DNA from: Zestosphaera tikiterensis
GTDB taxonomy: Archaea; Thermoproteota; Thermoprotei_A; Sulfolobales; NBVN01
Length of the DNA stretch: 31,500 bases
Direction: 5' to 3'
NCBI GenBank assembly: GCA_003056265.1
Contig: NBVN01000008.1
Coordinates: 1-31,500 of the forward strand
A model generated the notes under the pieces. The model ran no database searches, was not told the origin of the DNA, and saw only the letters and a list, made by a program, of their open reading frames with translations. How positions within the stretch are numbered: position 1 is the stretch's first letter; the number at the start of each line of letters is the position of its first letter. A program made the position numbers and the translations under genes. Below are positions 1 to 9,572 of the stretch, piece after piece.

Positions 1-1
1 A

Positions 2-859
2 GATAACCTCAGTAATTCAGATCTTAGGAATATTGAGGGTTTTTTAGATGAGGTTGTTTTCTTTAAAGGTGATGTTAGGGATTCTGATGTGGTTTCTAAA
101 GCTGTTGAAGGTGTTGATGCTGTTGTTCATTTAGCTGCTTTAATAGATGCTGTTGAATCCTTCGAGAAGCCCCTACTATATCATGAGGTTAACGTTTACG
201 GAACGCACGTGCTTTTGAAGAAATGCGTTGATTTAGGTGTTTCTAGGTTTATATACGCAAGCACTACAGCGGTTTACGGTGAGCCTGTGAAGGTGCCGAC
301 GCCTGAGGATGAGTTTTTAAAACCTATTAACCCATACGGGCTTACGAAGGCTTTAAGTGAGGAGTTAGTTAGATACTACTCTAGGGCTTACGGTTTGAAA
401 ACAACTATATTTAGGTTGTTTAACGTTTACGGACCTAAGCAATGGAGGAGTAGATACGCAGGCGTAATAACTAAATTCATCGAGAGGGTTTCGAAGGGTG
501 AGCCACCAATCATATTCGGGGACGGCGAGCAGGTTAGAGACTTCATATACGTTAAGGACGTAGCTAAAGTATTCGTCAAGTCTTTAGAGGAGGGCGTTGA
601 CGGCGTGTATAACCTCGGCACGGGGAGGGGTGTTAAGATTAAAGACTTAGCTGAGTTAGTAATTAAAGCGTTCGGACTTAAAGATTTGAAACCCATACAC
701 GCACCCCCAAGACCTGGAGATATTGTAAGAAGCGTTGCAGACATAACGAAACTTAAGAAAACATTCAACATAGAGTTTACGGACTTAGAAGAAGGACTTA
801 AGAAAACCGTTGAGGATTACTTAAGGAAGTTAAACCTTAGGAAACCCGACAATGCCTGA
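2..859 (+). CDS. NAD-dependent epimerase/dehydratase (extended SDR, UDP-sugar 4-epimerase-like); 5' end lies off the left edge
   Basis: The frame is open back to nt 2 (DNLSNSDLRNIEGFLDEVVFFKGDVRDSD precedes the tracked GTG-89), so the GxxGxxG Rossmann start is off-window. Extended-SDR hallmarks are present: VVHLAA, YASTTAVYG, catalytic PYGLTK (YxxxK), FRLFNVYGP, RDFIYVKDV. Confidence 0.9.
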   Translation, partial: DNLSNSDLRNIEGFLDEVVFFKGDVRDSDVVSKAVEGVDAVVHLAALIDAVESFEKPLLYHEVNVYGTHVLLKKCVDLGVSRFIYASTTAVYGEPVKVPTPEDEFLKPINPYGLTKALSEELVRYYSRAYGLKTTIFRLFNVYGPKQWRSRYAGVITKFIERVSKGEPPIIFGDGEQVRDFIYVKDVAKVFVKSLEEGVDGVYNLGTGRGVKIKDLAELVIKAFGLKDLKPIHAPPRPGDIVRSVADITKLKKTFNIEFTDLEEGLKKTVEDYLRKLNLRKPDNA

Positions 860-1376
860 CTTACTAACTCACTACGCTACTACCCTACTACTAACTAGTA
901 GGGTTTCTAGGGTTAGATACGCTGTTTTAACAGCTTTAATAGGTCTTCTACCAGACGTAGACTCCCTCTTAAGAATTCACAGATGGTTTACACACAGCTT
1001 AATAATCACAGCTTTAGCAACGGCGGTAGCGGCTGTTATCATAACCTACGTCAACAGTGAGTTACTTAAGTATGTGTTTTTAACATCAGCTATATACACA
1101 CTACACATACTTCTAGACATGTTTACAGCATCAACACCTATAGCGTGGCCCTTAACAAATAAAGCATACATGATATCTATAGAGTTAAACGGAGCCATAG
1201 CTAGCGACGGTTTAAACATATCTTTAAACACAGCATTAGTAAACACCACAGCAGACTTCACACCTAAACAGATAGTGGAGGGACCGATAGTGACGGAGCA
1301 AGGAATTATAGTAGCTATCGGCGTTGGAGCTACGTTAATATTTGAGAAAACATTCTTAAGGAAGGACAGGGTTTAG
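852..1376 (+). CDS. membrane-bound metal-dependent hydrolase-like protein (DUF457/YdjM type)
   Basis: It overlaps the upstream gene by 8 nt (ATGCCTGA). A His/Asp cluster (LLTH...LLPDVDSLLRIHRWFTHS) is embedded in 3-4 hydrophobic helices, as in the YdjM family. Confidence 0.55.
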   Translation: MPDLLTHYATTLLLTSRVSRVRYAVLTALIGLLPDVDSLLRIHRWFTHSLIITALATAVAAVIITYVNSELLKYVFLTSAIYTLHILLDMFTASTPIAWPLTNKAYMISIELNGAIASDGLNISLNTALVNTTADFTPKQIVEGPIVTEQGIIVAIGVGATLIFEKTFLRKDRV

Positions 1377-1383
1377 AACGGGT

Positions 1384-2499
1384 ATGGCTTCAGAACTTAC
1401 GGCGCTGGACACCATCGCTTTAGCGCTTACGTTAATACACTTCACAACACCAGTAACATACTATTGCTACTTGAAGAAGAAGTACCTCAGTAAGCCATGG
1501 GGGCTAAGCATTAACCCAGGATTCCAGCCGAGAGTCACCATCATCATTCCAACGTATATGGGTGCTAAATATATTGCTTCAAGACTTGACAACATTCGTG
1601 AGCAGAACTATCCTAGTGATAAGGTCGAGATCATAGTTGTAGATTCCGCGTCGTCTGATGGAACTAGAGAAATTGTTGAGAAGTGGATCAAGCAGAACCC
1701 GGATATTAGGGCGAAGCTTGTTCTCGAGCCTGAGAGGCGTGGAAAGCTTTCAGCAGTCTTAGAGGGATTGAAGCATATCTCAAGCGATAGCGAAATTGTT
1801 ATTCTTACTGACGACGACTGCCTGTGGGAGAAGAATGCTTTAAAGAATGTTGTTAAGTATATCGCAGATCCGTTAGTGGGTGTAGTCTCAGGTAGCATCA
1901 GGTATTTAGGGAGTGAAGGAGTTCACAACGTATATCGAGACTTCTACAATGTAATACGTGTAGCAGAATCAAAATGGTGGTCAACACCAGTACACAACGG
2001 ACCTTTGCTAGCGTTTAGGAAGAGCATTCTAGGTAGAATTGGATTACCAACATTCCCTGGGGCAGATGATAGCGCATTTGCAAGCTTCATAGCATTCGCA
2101 GGCTATAGAGCTATTCAGGCAGATGACGTATGGGTATACGAGCCGTTGGCAAGAAGGCAACACAAACGGATGATAAGGAGAGCAGTACACTTAGTAGCTT
2201 ACTTCACAAGGCTGAAAAAGTATGCGAAGACGCGTGGTGTATACGTAAAGACGGAGTTCGATAGAATATGGCATATAGAAGCGTACCTTCACACGATCAA
2301 CCCGATACCTCTGGTAGTAGCCGCAGTACTGCTAATAGCCTCGTCAGCCGGGGGTAGCATCCTCGCAATTGTTATGCTGATTATGGGGGTAGCGCTCCTA
2401 GCACTCAAGCCGTATAGGGCGTGGATGCTGAACCAGCTGTACCTACTGGTAGCGATATTCAAATCCATTGCGGCAAGGGAAGAAGTTTGGAGCAGGTAA
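1384..2499 (+). CDS. family 2 glycosyltransferase with N- and C-terminal transmembrane helices
   Basis: GT-A core motifs are present: VTIIIPTY, VVDSASSDGT, and DxD as ILTDDDC. It has one N-terminal TM helix and 2-3 C-terminal TM helices. The gap to the upstream gene is 7 nt. Confidence 0.9.
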   Translation: MASELTALDTIALALTLIHFTTPVTYYCYLKKKYLSKPWGLSINPGFQPRVTIIIPTYMGAKYIASRLDNIREQNYPSDKVEIIVVDSASSDGTREIVEKWIKQNPDIRAKLVLEPERRGKLSAVLEGLKHISSDSEIVILTDDDCLWEKNALKNVVKYIADPLVGVVSGSIRYLGSEGVHNVYRDFYNVIRVAESKWWSTPVHNGPLLAFRKSILGRIGLPTFPGADDSAFASFIAFAGYRAIQADDVWVYEPLARRQHKRMIRRAVHLVAYFTRLKKYAKTRGVYVKTEFDRIWHIEAYLHTINPIPLVVAAVLLIASSAGGSILAIVMLIMGVALLALKPYRAWMLNQLYLLVAIFKSIAAREEVWSR

Positions 2500-2545
2500 G
2501 GATATCTCATTGTAACCCCAGAAGGGAAGCGATCGACGAAGCGGC

Positions 2546-3709
2546 ATGGATATAGCTGTCGTATATAACTTCGCTGAGCATCCTGGAGGAGGGGATCTTG
2601 TCGCACTGGGCATAATCGAGACACTTCTCGAAAGAGGGTATACCGTAAGCTTATACACATTCCAGCCCGAGGGCATACGCAGAGCTGCGCTGTACTTCGA
2701 TAAGGATCTCAAGACCTTTGACGGGCTTAACGTTAGAAGGATTGAGGCTCCTAAAGCGATTAAACATCCCTATAATATCTACGTGATAACCAAGAAGGCT
2801 TTTAGCGAGTTGAAGCAACACGACCTAACGATATTCTTCGACGATATACCAGAACCGGCTCGTGAGCTGAAGAAGATCCTCGTCTACGTGCACTACCCGC
2901 ATGCGGCAAGAATACTGCTGAACCAGCTGGTTTCCTACCGCTATAGAGGCACGCTTAAGGGCAGGATCGTGTGGAAGTTACACTCAACACTATTCAGGCG
3001 ATACTTCCTCACAAACTGGGACGGTGAGAACATCTACGTGATAGCGAACTCGACGCTGACATACGACCACGTATTTAGAGCGTTGAGACCGCGGCATCTA
3101 GTCAAGATCTATCCGCCAGTGCAAGTCAGACAGATAATGGTCTACACTCAGAGGGTTGGTAGAAGCAAAGAGGACTTAGTTGTTTACGTGGGGAGGATTC
3201 AGCCGGAGAAGGGCATAGACGATGTAATTAAGGTGGCAGCATTGCTGAGAAGGAGCGACGTCAAGTTCAAGATAATGGGCTTCGGCTACGACAATAAATA
3301 CCTTGAATACCTAAGGAGTCTTGTGAAGGAGCTGGGGATACAGAGAGGGGTAGAGATGGAAGTGAATGCTACAAGAGAAGAGGTACTCGAAAGCCTGGCG
3401 AAAGCCAAAGTGATAGTGCACCCAGCACACTACGAGCCCTTCGGGATCGCTGTTATTGAGGGGTTGGTTGCAGGTTGCATACCGGTAGTAAGGAAGGGGT
3501 TCAACGGGCCGTGGATAGACATAGTCGAACAGGGAAGGTACGGATTAGGATTCGAAAACCCTGAAGAGCTCGCTCAAGCAATCAACACAATTATTTCGGA
3601 CAGTCGCGCTGTCAACATCGATGACGTCGCAAAGAGAGCGTTGGAGTTTGACGAAGAAGTTTTTAAAAATAGGTTCGTGGCATATTTAGAGGACATCCTT
3701 GCAAGTTGA
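2546..3709 (+). CDS. family 4 (GT-B, Glycos_transf_1) glycosyltransferase
   Basis: The C-terminal GT-B signature is GRIQPEKG ... YEPFGIAVIEGLVAGCIPVV (EX7E motif). The size (387 aa) is typical. Confidence 0.85.
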   Translation: MDIAVVYNFAEHPGGGDLVALGIIETLLERGYTVSLYTFQPEGIRRAALYFDKDLKTFDGLNVRRIEAPKAIKHPYNIYVITKKAFSELKQHDLTIFFDDIPEPARELKKILVYVHYPHAARILLNQLVSYRYRGTLKGRIVWKLHSTLFRRYFLTNWDGENIYVIANSTLTYDHVFRALRPRHLVKIYPPVQVRQIMVYTQRVGRSKEDLVVYVGRIQPEKGIDDVIKVAALLRRSDVKFKIMGFGYDNKYLEYLRSLVKELGIQRGVEMEVNATREEVLESLAKAKVIVHPAHYEPFGIAVIEGLVAGCIPVVRKGFNGPWIDIVEQGRYGLGFENPEELAQAINTIISDSRAVNIDDVAKRALEFDEEVFKNRFVAYLEDILAS

Positions 3710-3721
3710 AAGGTCAATAAT

Positions 3722-4858
3722 ATGCGCATAGCCATAGCCTGCACGTACTACCCATTTCCACCATCAATAGGTGGTGTCGAGGCAATCGCTAGAAACGTTG
3801 CTAGGGAATTGGCTAAGAGAGGTCACGAGGTCCACATAGTGACGTCTAACCTAGACGTAACGACGCAGAGGCCTGTAACCGATCTGGGAATTGAGGAGAG
3901 GGAGGGTGTTATAGTTCACAAGCTCAAGCCCAGCAACTTCAGAGTTGGCTACGCACGCACCTTGGAGGGGTTGAAGGAGACCATAGCCAAGATAAAGCCG
4001 GATATAGTGCATGCACATAACCTCCATCCACACCTCTTTCAGCTAACCAGATGGAAGAAGGATATTGGTTACAGATTAATGGCGGAGCTACACTATCCCG
4101 AGGTGAATCTCGATTTCGTTATACAAAAACTCTTAATGAAGCCTGCCATGTACTTGCTGAAGAAGGTCTCTAACCAGATGGATCTGTTCATAGTGCATAC
4201 TAAACTGGAAAGGTCGTGGCTCGAAAAGTGTGGTGTAGAAGGCAGCAGGATTAGAGTAGTGTTTACGCCGCACATATCCGACGAGTTGCTAAAATATATT
4301 TCAAGGAGTAGAAGCGGCAATGAAGTTCTTTTCGTCGGTAGGCTTGTCTTCAAAAAGGGAGTTCACATACTTATAAAAGCCTTTCATAAGGTATTAAACA
4401 AGATCCCCAACGCGAAACTCTTGATTATAGGGCCCGAAGATTCTAGGTATGGAAGATATCTGCGTGAGCTTGTAAGAAGCCTTGATCTTGAAAAGGCTGC
4501 GAGTTTCCTAGGATCCGTAGACGAGACTAAGAAGATAGAATTGATGGCTTCAGCAGCTGTATTTAGTTTGCCGACGTTGGCCGACTACCATCCAATTGCG
4601 CTCCTCGAGGCACAGGCTCTGGGAACACCTGTAGTTTCAACAAGAGTCGGAGCCATACCAGAAATAGTCATAGACGGTGAGACTGGACTGCTTGTGGAAC
4701 CAGGCAGCATCGACCAACTTGCAGAAGCGATCGAAATGTTATTAACGGACGAAAGACTCCGCAGGAAGATGTCGCAGAAAGCTAGGGAGTGGTCCAAGAA
4801 CTTCACGCTAGATAAAGCGGTCAGCAGGTTGGAGGGGATATACAAATTACTATTGTGA
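3722..4858 (+). CDS. family 4 (GT-B) glycosyltransferase
   Basis: The N-terminus reads MRIAIACTYYPFPPSIGGVEAIARNVARELAKRGHEVHIVT. The C-terminal part reads FVGRLVFKKG ... LLEAQALGTPVVSTRVGAIPEIVIDGETGLLVEPG. The gap to the upstream gene is 12 nt. Confidence 0.9.
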   Translation: MRIAIACTYYPFPPSIGGVEAIARNVARELAKRGHEVHIVTSNLDVTTQRPVTDLGIEEREGVIVHKLKPSNFRVGYARTLEGLKETIAKIKPDIVHAHNLHPHLFQLTRWKKDIGYRLMAELHYPEVNLDFVIQKLLMKPAMYLLKKVSNQMDLFIVHTKLERSWLEKCGVEGSRIRVVFTPHISDELLKYISRSRSGNEVLFVGRLVFKKGVHILIKAFHKVLNKIPNAKLLIIGPEDSRYGRYLRELVRSLDLEKAASFLGSVDETKKIELMASAAVFSLPTLADYHPIALLEAQALGTPVVSTRVGAIPEIVIDGETGLLVEPGSIDQLAEAIEMLLTDERLRRKMSQKAREWSKNFTLDKAVSRLEGIYKLLL

Positions 4859-4915
4859 AATATTTCGGTGCAGATCGAACATCGGGTTAATGCTATGTAA
4901 AAGCGTTGCCTTAAC

Positions 4916-5845
4916 GTGAACATTATGGTTTGCGGTTTAAGCCCTAGAAATTCTGCAGAAAATAAATGTAAATTGGTTCTATTGCTATTCATAGCCGCAT
5001 TTCTCCTCATAGTCTCGCCTTTGTATTCTGGATACATAGATAAAGTATTGATTGCAGATGCAAGCTATGTCTTTAGAAACCTTCCGTATACCTTTTATCT
5101 GGGTTTTGCTATCGTAAATGTACTACTAGTCGTCTTCATCTATATTGCAATAAAGCACGGCCATGTCTATCCATTCCTTTTTACTTTCGCTATAATGTTA
5201 TACATGCTTTATCTCGAATATCCAAGGCTCCTCTATCCAAATGCCTTCCAGATCGAATATTTTCACCAGGCGCAGATATACCATGCATTGAACTATGGCA
5301 TGGTCACCGACCCTGGCTACAGCTTCCCTAGATCTGATGTGGCTCACGCAATATGGACAGCGTCTCTAATAATGCTCACCGACATGCCGAAAGATTTCTC
5401 CGTGAGTTACGTGGCTCCAATTCTCGTTAGATTAGCCCTAATAGTGATTGCGTGTAGCATGGTGCTGAAATACAGCGAGAATATTAGTAATCATTTCGCC
5501 TGTGTCTTAATTCTAGCTCTTCCGCTATACATTCTGATCTCCGATACAGAGCCTCTCTTTATCAATCACTACTCCTACGCCCTTCCCTTATACCTGCTAC
5601 TCCTCTATGTAGTGAGCAGAAGGGATCTCAACTTAGAGCATAGACTAGTTTCGCACTTCATACTACTCGTTTTTATAGTGGCTTCTATAACAATAACGCA
5701 CATATACTTTGCGGCAACAACAATCCTAGCTTTCCTAGCAATACTTTTCTTTAGAATTCTTCGTGGAAATAAGGCACCGGTATTTCAGCTGTACATATTG
5801 TCAGCAATTATTTACTCTATATGGCATGGTATGGCCTCTAGCTGA
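4916..5845 (+). CDS. polytopic membrane protein (glycan polymerase/GT-C-like topology), apparently cut short by an in-frame TGA
   Basis: It is almost entirely hydrophobic helices. By eye it resembles the N-terminal part of the 6679..8460 protein. It could start at GTG-4916 or ATG-4925. The stop TGA 5843-5845 is followed by the same frame staying open to 6046. Confidence 0.6.
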   Translation: MNIMVCGLSPRNSAENKCKLVLLLFIAAFLLIVSPLYSGYIDKVLIADASYVFRNLPYTFYLGFAIVNVLLVVFIYIAIKHGHVYPFLFTFAIMLYMLYLEYPRLLYPNAFQIEYFHQAQIYHALNYGMVTDPGYSFPRSDVAHAIWTASLIMLTDMPKDFSVSYVAPILVRLALIVIACSMVLKYSENISNHFACVLILALPLYILISDTEPLFINHYSYALPLYLLLLYVVSRRDLNLEHRLVSHFILLVFIVASITITHIYFAATTILAFLAILFFRILRGNKAPVFQLYILSAIIYSIWHGMASS

Positions 5846-6046
5846 TCTATAGGAGCATTCGTGAACGAATTCCAGATTCTCTTTACAGCTTTCACGAGAT
5901 TAATGACATTTCAACTCAATTCACTAATGCCTGTTGCACACGTGGAAGAGAGGTTTGGCGACATATTAATAAAGCCCGATTATCAGTTGTACTTCATACT
6001 TAAGTGGATTGATGTGCTGATGCTAAGGGGCTTATGGCTATACTGA
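5846..6046 (+). pseudogene. same-frame continuation of the 4916..5845 membrane-protein ORF beyond its TGA
   Basis: 5861-4916 = 945 nt, which is 315 codons, so the tracked 61-aa ORF is in frame with the upstream ORF. Only TGA 5843-5845 separates them. Confidence 0.45.
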
Positions 6047-6091
6047 TCGCCGTCTCTATACTGCTTGAGGATAGGGGTAAGAAAATAATGA

Positions 6092-6604
6092 AAGAAGGCT
6101 GCGTGTGAGAACCTCATACACGCCTACAGCATGCTTTACGGAATCAGGGCAGTTGTGCTGAGGTACGCAAACGTAGTCGGCCCTAGGCTTAGGCATGGAG
6201 TGATCTACGACCTCCTCATGAAGCTCAGAAGGGATAGAACTAGGCTTGAGGTTCTCGGAGACGGGACGCAGGTGAGGAGCTACATATACGTAGACGATGC
6301 AGTCGACGCGACTATGATAGCCTATGAGAGGGCGGGAGAAGGCTTCAGCGCGTTCAACGTGGCAAGCGAGGACTGGATAACCGTGAGGGACGTGGTTCAG
6401 ATAATCCTGAGGGAGCTGGGCATCGAGAACATCGAGGTGGTCTACAGATCCATTATGCACGGAGTCGGCTGGCCCGGAGACATTAAGAGGATAGCGCTCA
6501 GGATAGATAGGCTGAAGGCCTTGGGCTTCAAGCCGTCAATGAACAGCGAAGAAGCCGTAGCTAAAACTGTTAAAGCACTTGCCCTTGAGTTTGAGCATGG
6601 CTAA
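6092..6604 (+). pseudogene. C-terminal fragment of a second NAD-dependent epimerase/dehydratase (Rossmann N-terminus missing)
   Basis: The frame opens right after TGA 6089-6091 with KKAACENLIHAYSMLYGIRAVVLRYANVVGPR, which lies at about the catalytic YxxxK lysine. It continues with LGDGTQVRSYIYVDDAVDA and the C-terminal substrate domain. About 130-150 N-terminal residues of a normal epimerase are absent. Confidence 0.7.
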
Positions 6605-6678
6605 TTATCAAGGCTATTCATTGTAACGCGACATTATAAGACTCCAAGATGCCTCATGATGTTTAAATAGATCTACAT

Positions 6679-8460
6679 ATGGAAATGATTAAGAGAATAA
6701 GCTATAGTATACTTAAAATACTAAAATTCTTGATTGCGATATCCTCAATAACAACTTTGGCAATTATACTCTACCGCCTCGGCACGACGTCCTACAGCGT
6801 CTTTTCAGTAACACCTCTATACTTCATGTATTTTTCCAACTACTTAATGCCTATATCAATTCTTTACGTATTTATTGCATCAATAGCATCTTTAAGGTTG
6901 AGAGACAAAAAGCTGTTTATACTTACAATCCTAATCTTGTACTCAATGGTTCTTTACGTACCTTACACCATGTTTACGTTGTATATATACAATGATCAGC
7001 TAGGATTCGCTATTGAGACTTTATCAGGCATGGTGAGAGGATATGTAATACCTTATCAAGGAGAACCTGCAACTCTGGGCCACGCATTCTTCTCTGCAAT
7101 ACTTGGGGAAGTCCTTAGCCTAGATCTATTTTCGACTACGCGTTTCGTAGAGACGCTCTTCATAATTATAGTTTTTCTATTCTATTTGGTTCTTGCAATG
7201 CCTCTATTCGATGATTATAGAAACGTGAAAAGAAGTTCCAGCTCAATTCTGCTTTTCATCATATTGATACTTTTAGTGTTTCCCGCATTCATTATCGAGC
7301 CCCTTCTTTACTCTAGAGGGTATTTTGGTCTTGTAACCTCGATACCCCTGCTTCTCTGTGCATTCAGATTCTTAGAGAAAAGGAGCATAGAAAATGTAGT
7401 CGTGCTTACTACAATATTCGTATCTTCATCTATATCTTACCCTCTCCCACCTCTCATAATGACCGTAAGCTTCGTCTTTCTTGCTGTAGCCTCGAAAATC
7501 AAAATCTTTACACCTTTCTTTGGAGAGATTCGCTATAATAGGAAGCTCTTAATAGTAGCCATAGCTCTCTCTGCGATCTGGATTGTTATCCAAGTATACT
7601 TGGGGTACAGCTCTTGGAATGTTCTTCACGAGATCATTTCGAAATGGTTGAGCTTTGAGTTCTTTACATCATTCGAATACGCTATTGCCCTAAAGTATGT
7701 TGGTGAAGCTAGTGTGTATTTGAACTTACGATTAGGGGTTATTCTATTTGGGTGGTTTACATCAGCGTTTTTGTTCTTACTGCTAACTTTAAAGATTTAT
7801 GGAGAGAAGAGAGCTTCACAAACCGAGCTCTTTTCAGCGATCTTGCTATTGATGTACGGTGTTTTAGGCGTTATTTATGCTATAGGCTTTCATGAACCGG
7901 GACTTAGATTCTATCGTAATCTACTTGCAGCGTTGCCATTTTCGTATAGCGTGATCGCTACACAAGGGTTTGAAAAATTCGCGAAGAAGAAAGTTCCCCT
8001 AAAAGCTCTCCTCATGATACCGCTATTTTTAATGGTTTTCTCTCTAGCCCTTAGCCCCGTTGTGAAGTGGGGATGGGTTTTCGTAGCATACCCTACTAAA
8101 CATGACTTAGCATTAACTGACTTCATCACGTCATTCAGCGGAGTAGAGGTCTCTAAAACATATGCTCCAGGGTCTCACGAGCTGCTATGGTTCGCCTTTG
8201 AATCTTCTAGGATAAGTGACTCAACAAATTCTTTTATCCCAGCTATACTGTACGCAGGTGACGTGACATTCACCTTAGATAAAAGCCTTACCGCGGATCT
8301 TACTGTTACATATTATAGAATTTTTATATATTCTCGCTGGCTTGGGATATATCAGGACATGCTTGGAGAACTTCAGAATGCAGTGCTGCAATGTAGTAAG
8401 CTGTATGACGCTGGTGAGTTTTATATGACTTTAAAGGCTGGATATAGGCTGGGGGCATAA
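6679..8460 (+). CDS. large polytopic membrane protein with a soluble C-terminal domain (glycan polymerase / GT-C-like)
   Basis: It is 593 aa with many hydrophobic helices (at least 12 by eye), followed by a roughly 110-aa non-hydrophobic tail. It sits inside the glycosyltransferase cluster. I saw no WWDxG (AglB/STT3) motif. Confidence 0.7.
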   Translation: MEMIKRISYSILKILKFLIAISSITTLAIILYRLGTTSYSVFSVTPLYFMYFSNYLMPISILYVFIASIASLRLRDKKLFILTILILYSMVLYVPYTMFTLYIYNDQLGFAIETLSGMVRGYVIPYQGEPATLGHAFFSAILGEVLSLDLFSTTRFVETLFIIIVFLFYLVLAMPLFDDYRNVKRSSSSILLFIILILLVFPAFIIEPLLYSRGYFGLVTSIPLLLCAFRFLEKRSIENVVVLTTIFVSSSISYPLPPLIMTVSFVFLAVASKIKIFTPFFGEIRYNRKLLIVAIALSAIWIVIQVYLGYSSWNVLHEIISKWLSFEFFTSFEYAIALKYVGEASVYLNLRLGVILFGWFTSAFLFLLLTLKIYGEKRASQTELFSAILLLMYGVLGVIYAIGFHEPGLRFYRNLLAALPFSYSVIATQGFEKFAKKKVPLKALLMIPLFLMVFSLALSPVVKWGWVFVAYPTKHDLALTDFITSFSGVEVSKTYAPGSHELLWFAFESSRISDSTNSFIPAILYAGDVTFTLDKSLTADLTVTYYRIFIYSRWLGIYQDMLGELQNAVLQCSKLYDAGEFYMTLKAGYRLGA

Positions 8461-8465
8461 AGGCT

Positions 8466-9383
8466 ATGCTTAAGGAGGTTATACTGAAGGCTTTCTACAG
8501 ACCTCTCGCATGGATGTTTTACAAGCGTGCTAAGTACGCACATCCACCCCCGGAAATGAGCGTAGACTTTAAAGCTTTAGACATACCTAGTAAATTCCCG
8601 ATAGCTCTAAAGCTATGTCCCCTAGATGAGGGGTTCTCCCGCGAGTTCTCACTCTACGGCTTTAGGGAGGCTCTTAACACCCTCCTTGTTTATTGGGTTG
8701 TGAAAAGATTGAAGCCCTGTGTTATAGATGTAGGTGCAAACCTAGGCTACTACGTCGGTATTGAGTTGGCGGCTGGAGCCCCCAAAATAATAGCCATAGA
8801 GCCTTCACCAATAACTTTTAGGTACCTGAAAGAGAACTTCGGTAAAGACCCTTCAATACATTTTCTGCAAGCAGCAGTATCAGATACTGAAGACGAAGCC
8901 GTTCTTCAAATCTCCAGAGCACTCAATCTCTCCTCAATAGTAAATTTAGAGGATCTTAAGCATACAAAGTTAGCGATTAAAGTAAAGACCTACACGCTAC
9001 AATCAATTGTAGAGAATTTCAAGCTCCATGAATGTCGGGACTTAATGGTAAGAATGGATGTTGAAGGATACGAATACAAAATCTTAAGTCATATACCCCC
9101 TGAAGTAACTTTAATTAATGTCGAGATTCATCTGAATAGATATGACGTAATAGACTTTGTAAAAAGAGTTCTCGGACAGGGCTTCAGAGTTAAATACTTT
9201 GTATCGGATCCTCCCTTTGGATTCTACGTTATGATAAAGCATCTTGGCTTAATAAGATCACTTAAAATACTAAATAAACTAGGCTTCGCAACAATAAAGG
9301 AATACCCTGACCTTCGAGAATTAAGGTATCTTCTAAGGAATTCCATACTTCCATATATCTTTTTCGAAAGGGTGCGTGAATGA
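8466..9383 (+). CDS. FkbM-family SAM-dependent methyltransferase
   Basis: VIDVGANLGYYVGIELAAGAPKIIAIEPSPITFRYLKENF is the FkbM-type motif (D.GAN.G ... EP.P). The gap to the upstream gene is 5 nt. Confidence 0.85.
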   Translation: MLKEVILKAFYRPLAWMFYKRAKYAHPPPEMSVDFKALDIPSKFPIALKLCPLDEGFSREFSLYGFREALNTLLVYWVVKRLKPCVIDVGANLGYYVGIELAAGAPKIIAIEPSPITFRYLKENFGKDPSIHFLQAAVSDTEDEAVLQISRALNLSSIVNLEDLKHTKLAIKVKTYTLQSIVENFKLHECRDLMVRMDVEGYEYKILSHIPPEVTLINVEIHLNRYDVIDFVKRVLGQGFRVKYFVSDPPFGFYVMIKHLGLIRSLKILNKLGFATIKEYPDLRELRYLLRNSILPYIFFERVRE

Positions 9384-9572
9384 ATCCTTCACATGAGAAA
9401 ATATTGGGGTGTGATGAGAAATACTTCAGAGAAAGAGAGTTTAACTTCTAAATTGATGTAAAAAGGGTTCTATCCTTTAGCACTAACCTTGAAGCTGATT
9501 GGCATAAAAAAGTCCTGGACGTAAGTTGTGCTTATGGAGCGCTTGTTTACATATTATAGTCATTCTGGGACT

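Noticed and set aside
427-771. Shadow or antisense ORFs in the six-frame track. The minus-strand ones are 427..771, 1046..1261, 1608..1898, 2289..2660, 2443..2712, 3851..4033, 4093..4353, 4585..5037, 6056..6460, 7911..8129, 11690..12016, 12291..12548, 12853..13110, 13117..13308, 13603..13929, 14343..14546, 16736..16999, 17872..18105, 21710..22021, 23343..23528, 23923..24153 and 25868..26053. The plus-strand ones are 12968..13150, 15304..15567, 16846..17034, 19997..20224, 29394..29579, 30057..30254 and 30342..30659.
   Set aside because: Nearly all lie opposite or out of frame within genes that carry clear family motifs; 12968..13150+ and 13117..13308- lie mainly in the gap around 13.0-13.3 kb. 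Their translations are Ser/Leu/Pro/Thr/Arg-rich low-complexity strings with no motifs and no plausible start context. This is typical of chance ORFs on the complement of coding DNA.
9411-9498. A possible C/D-box sRNA, with GTGATGA at 9411-9417 and CTGA at 9495-9498, in the intergenic gap.
   Set aside because: The boxes are about 80 nt apart, the internal D'/C' candidates (CAGA, TTGATGT) are off-consensus with wrong spacer lengths, and there is no terminal stem. Other TGATGA words in the window lie inside coding sequence.
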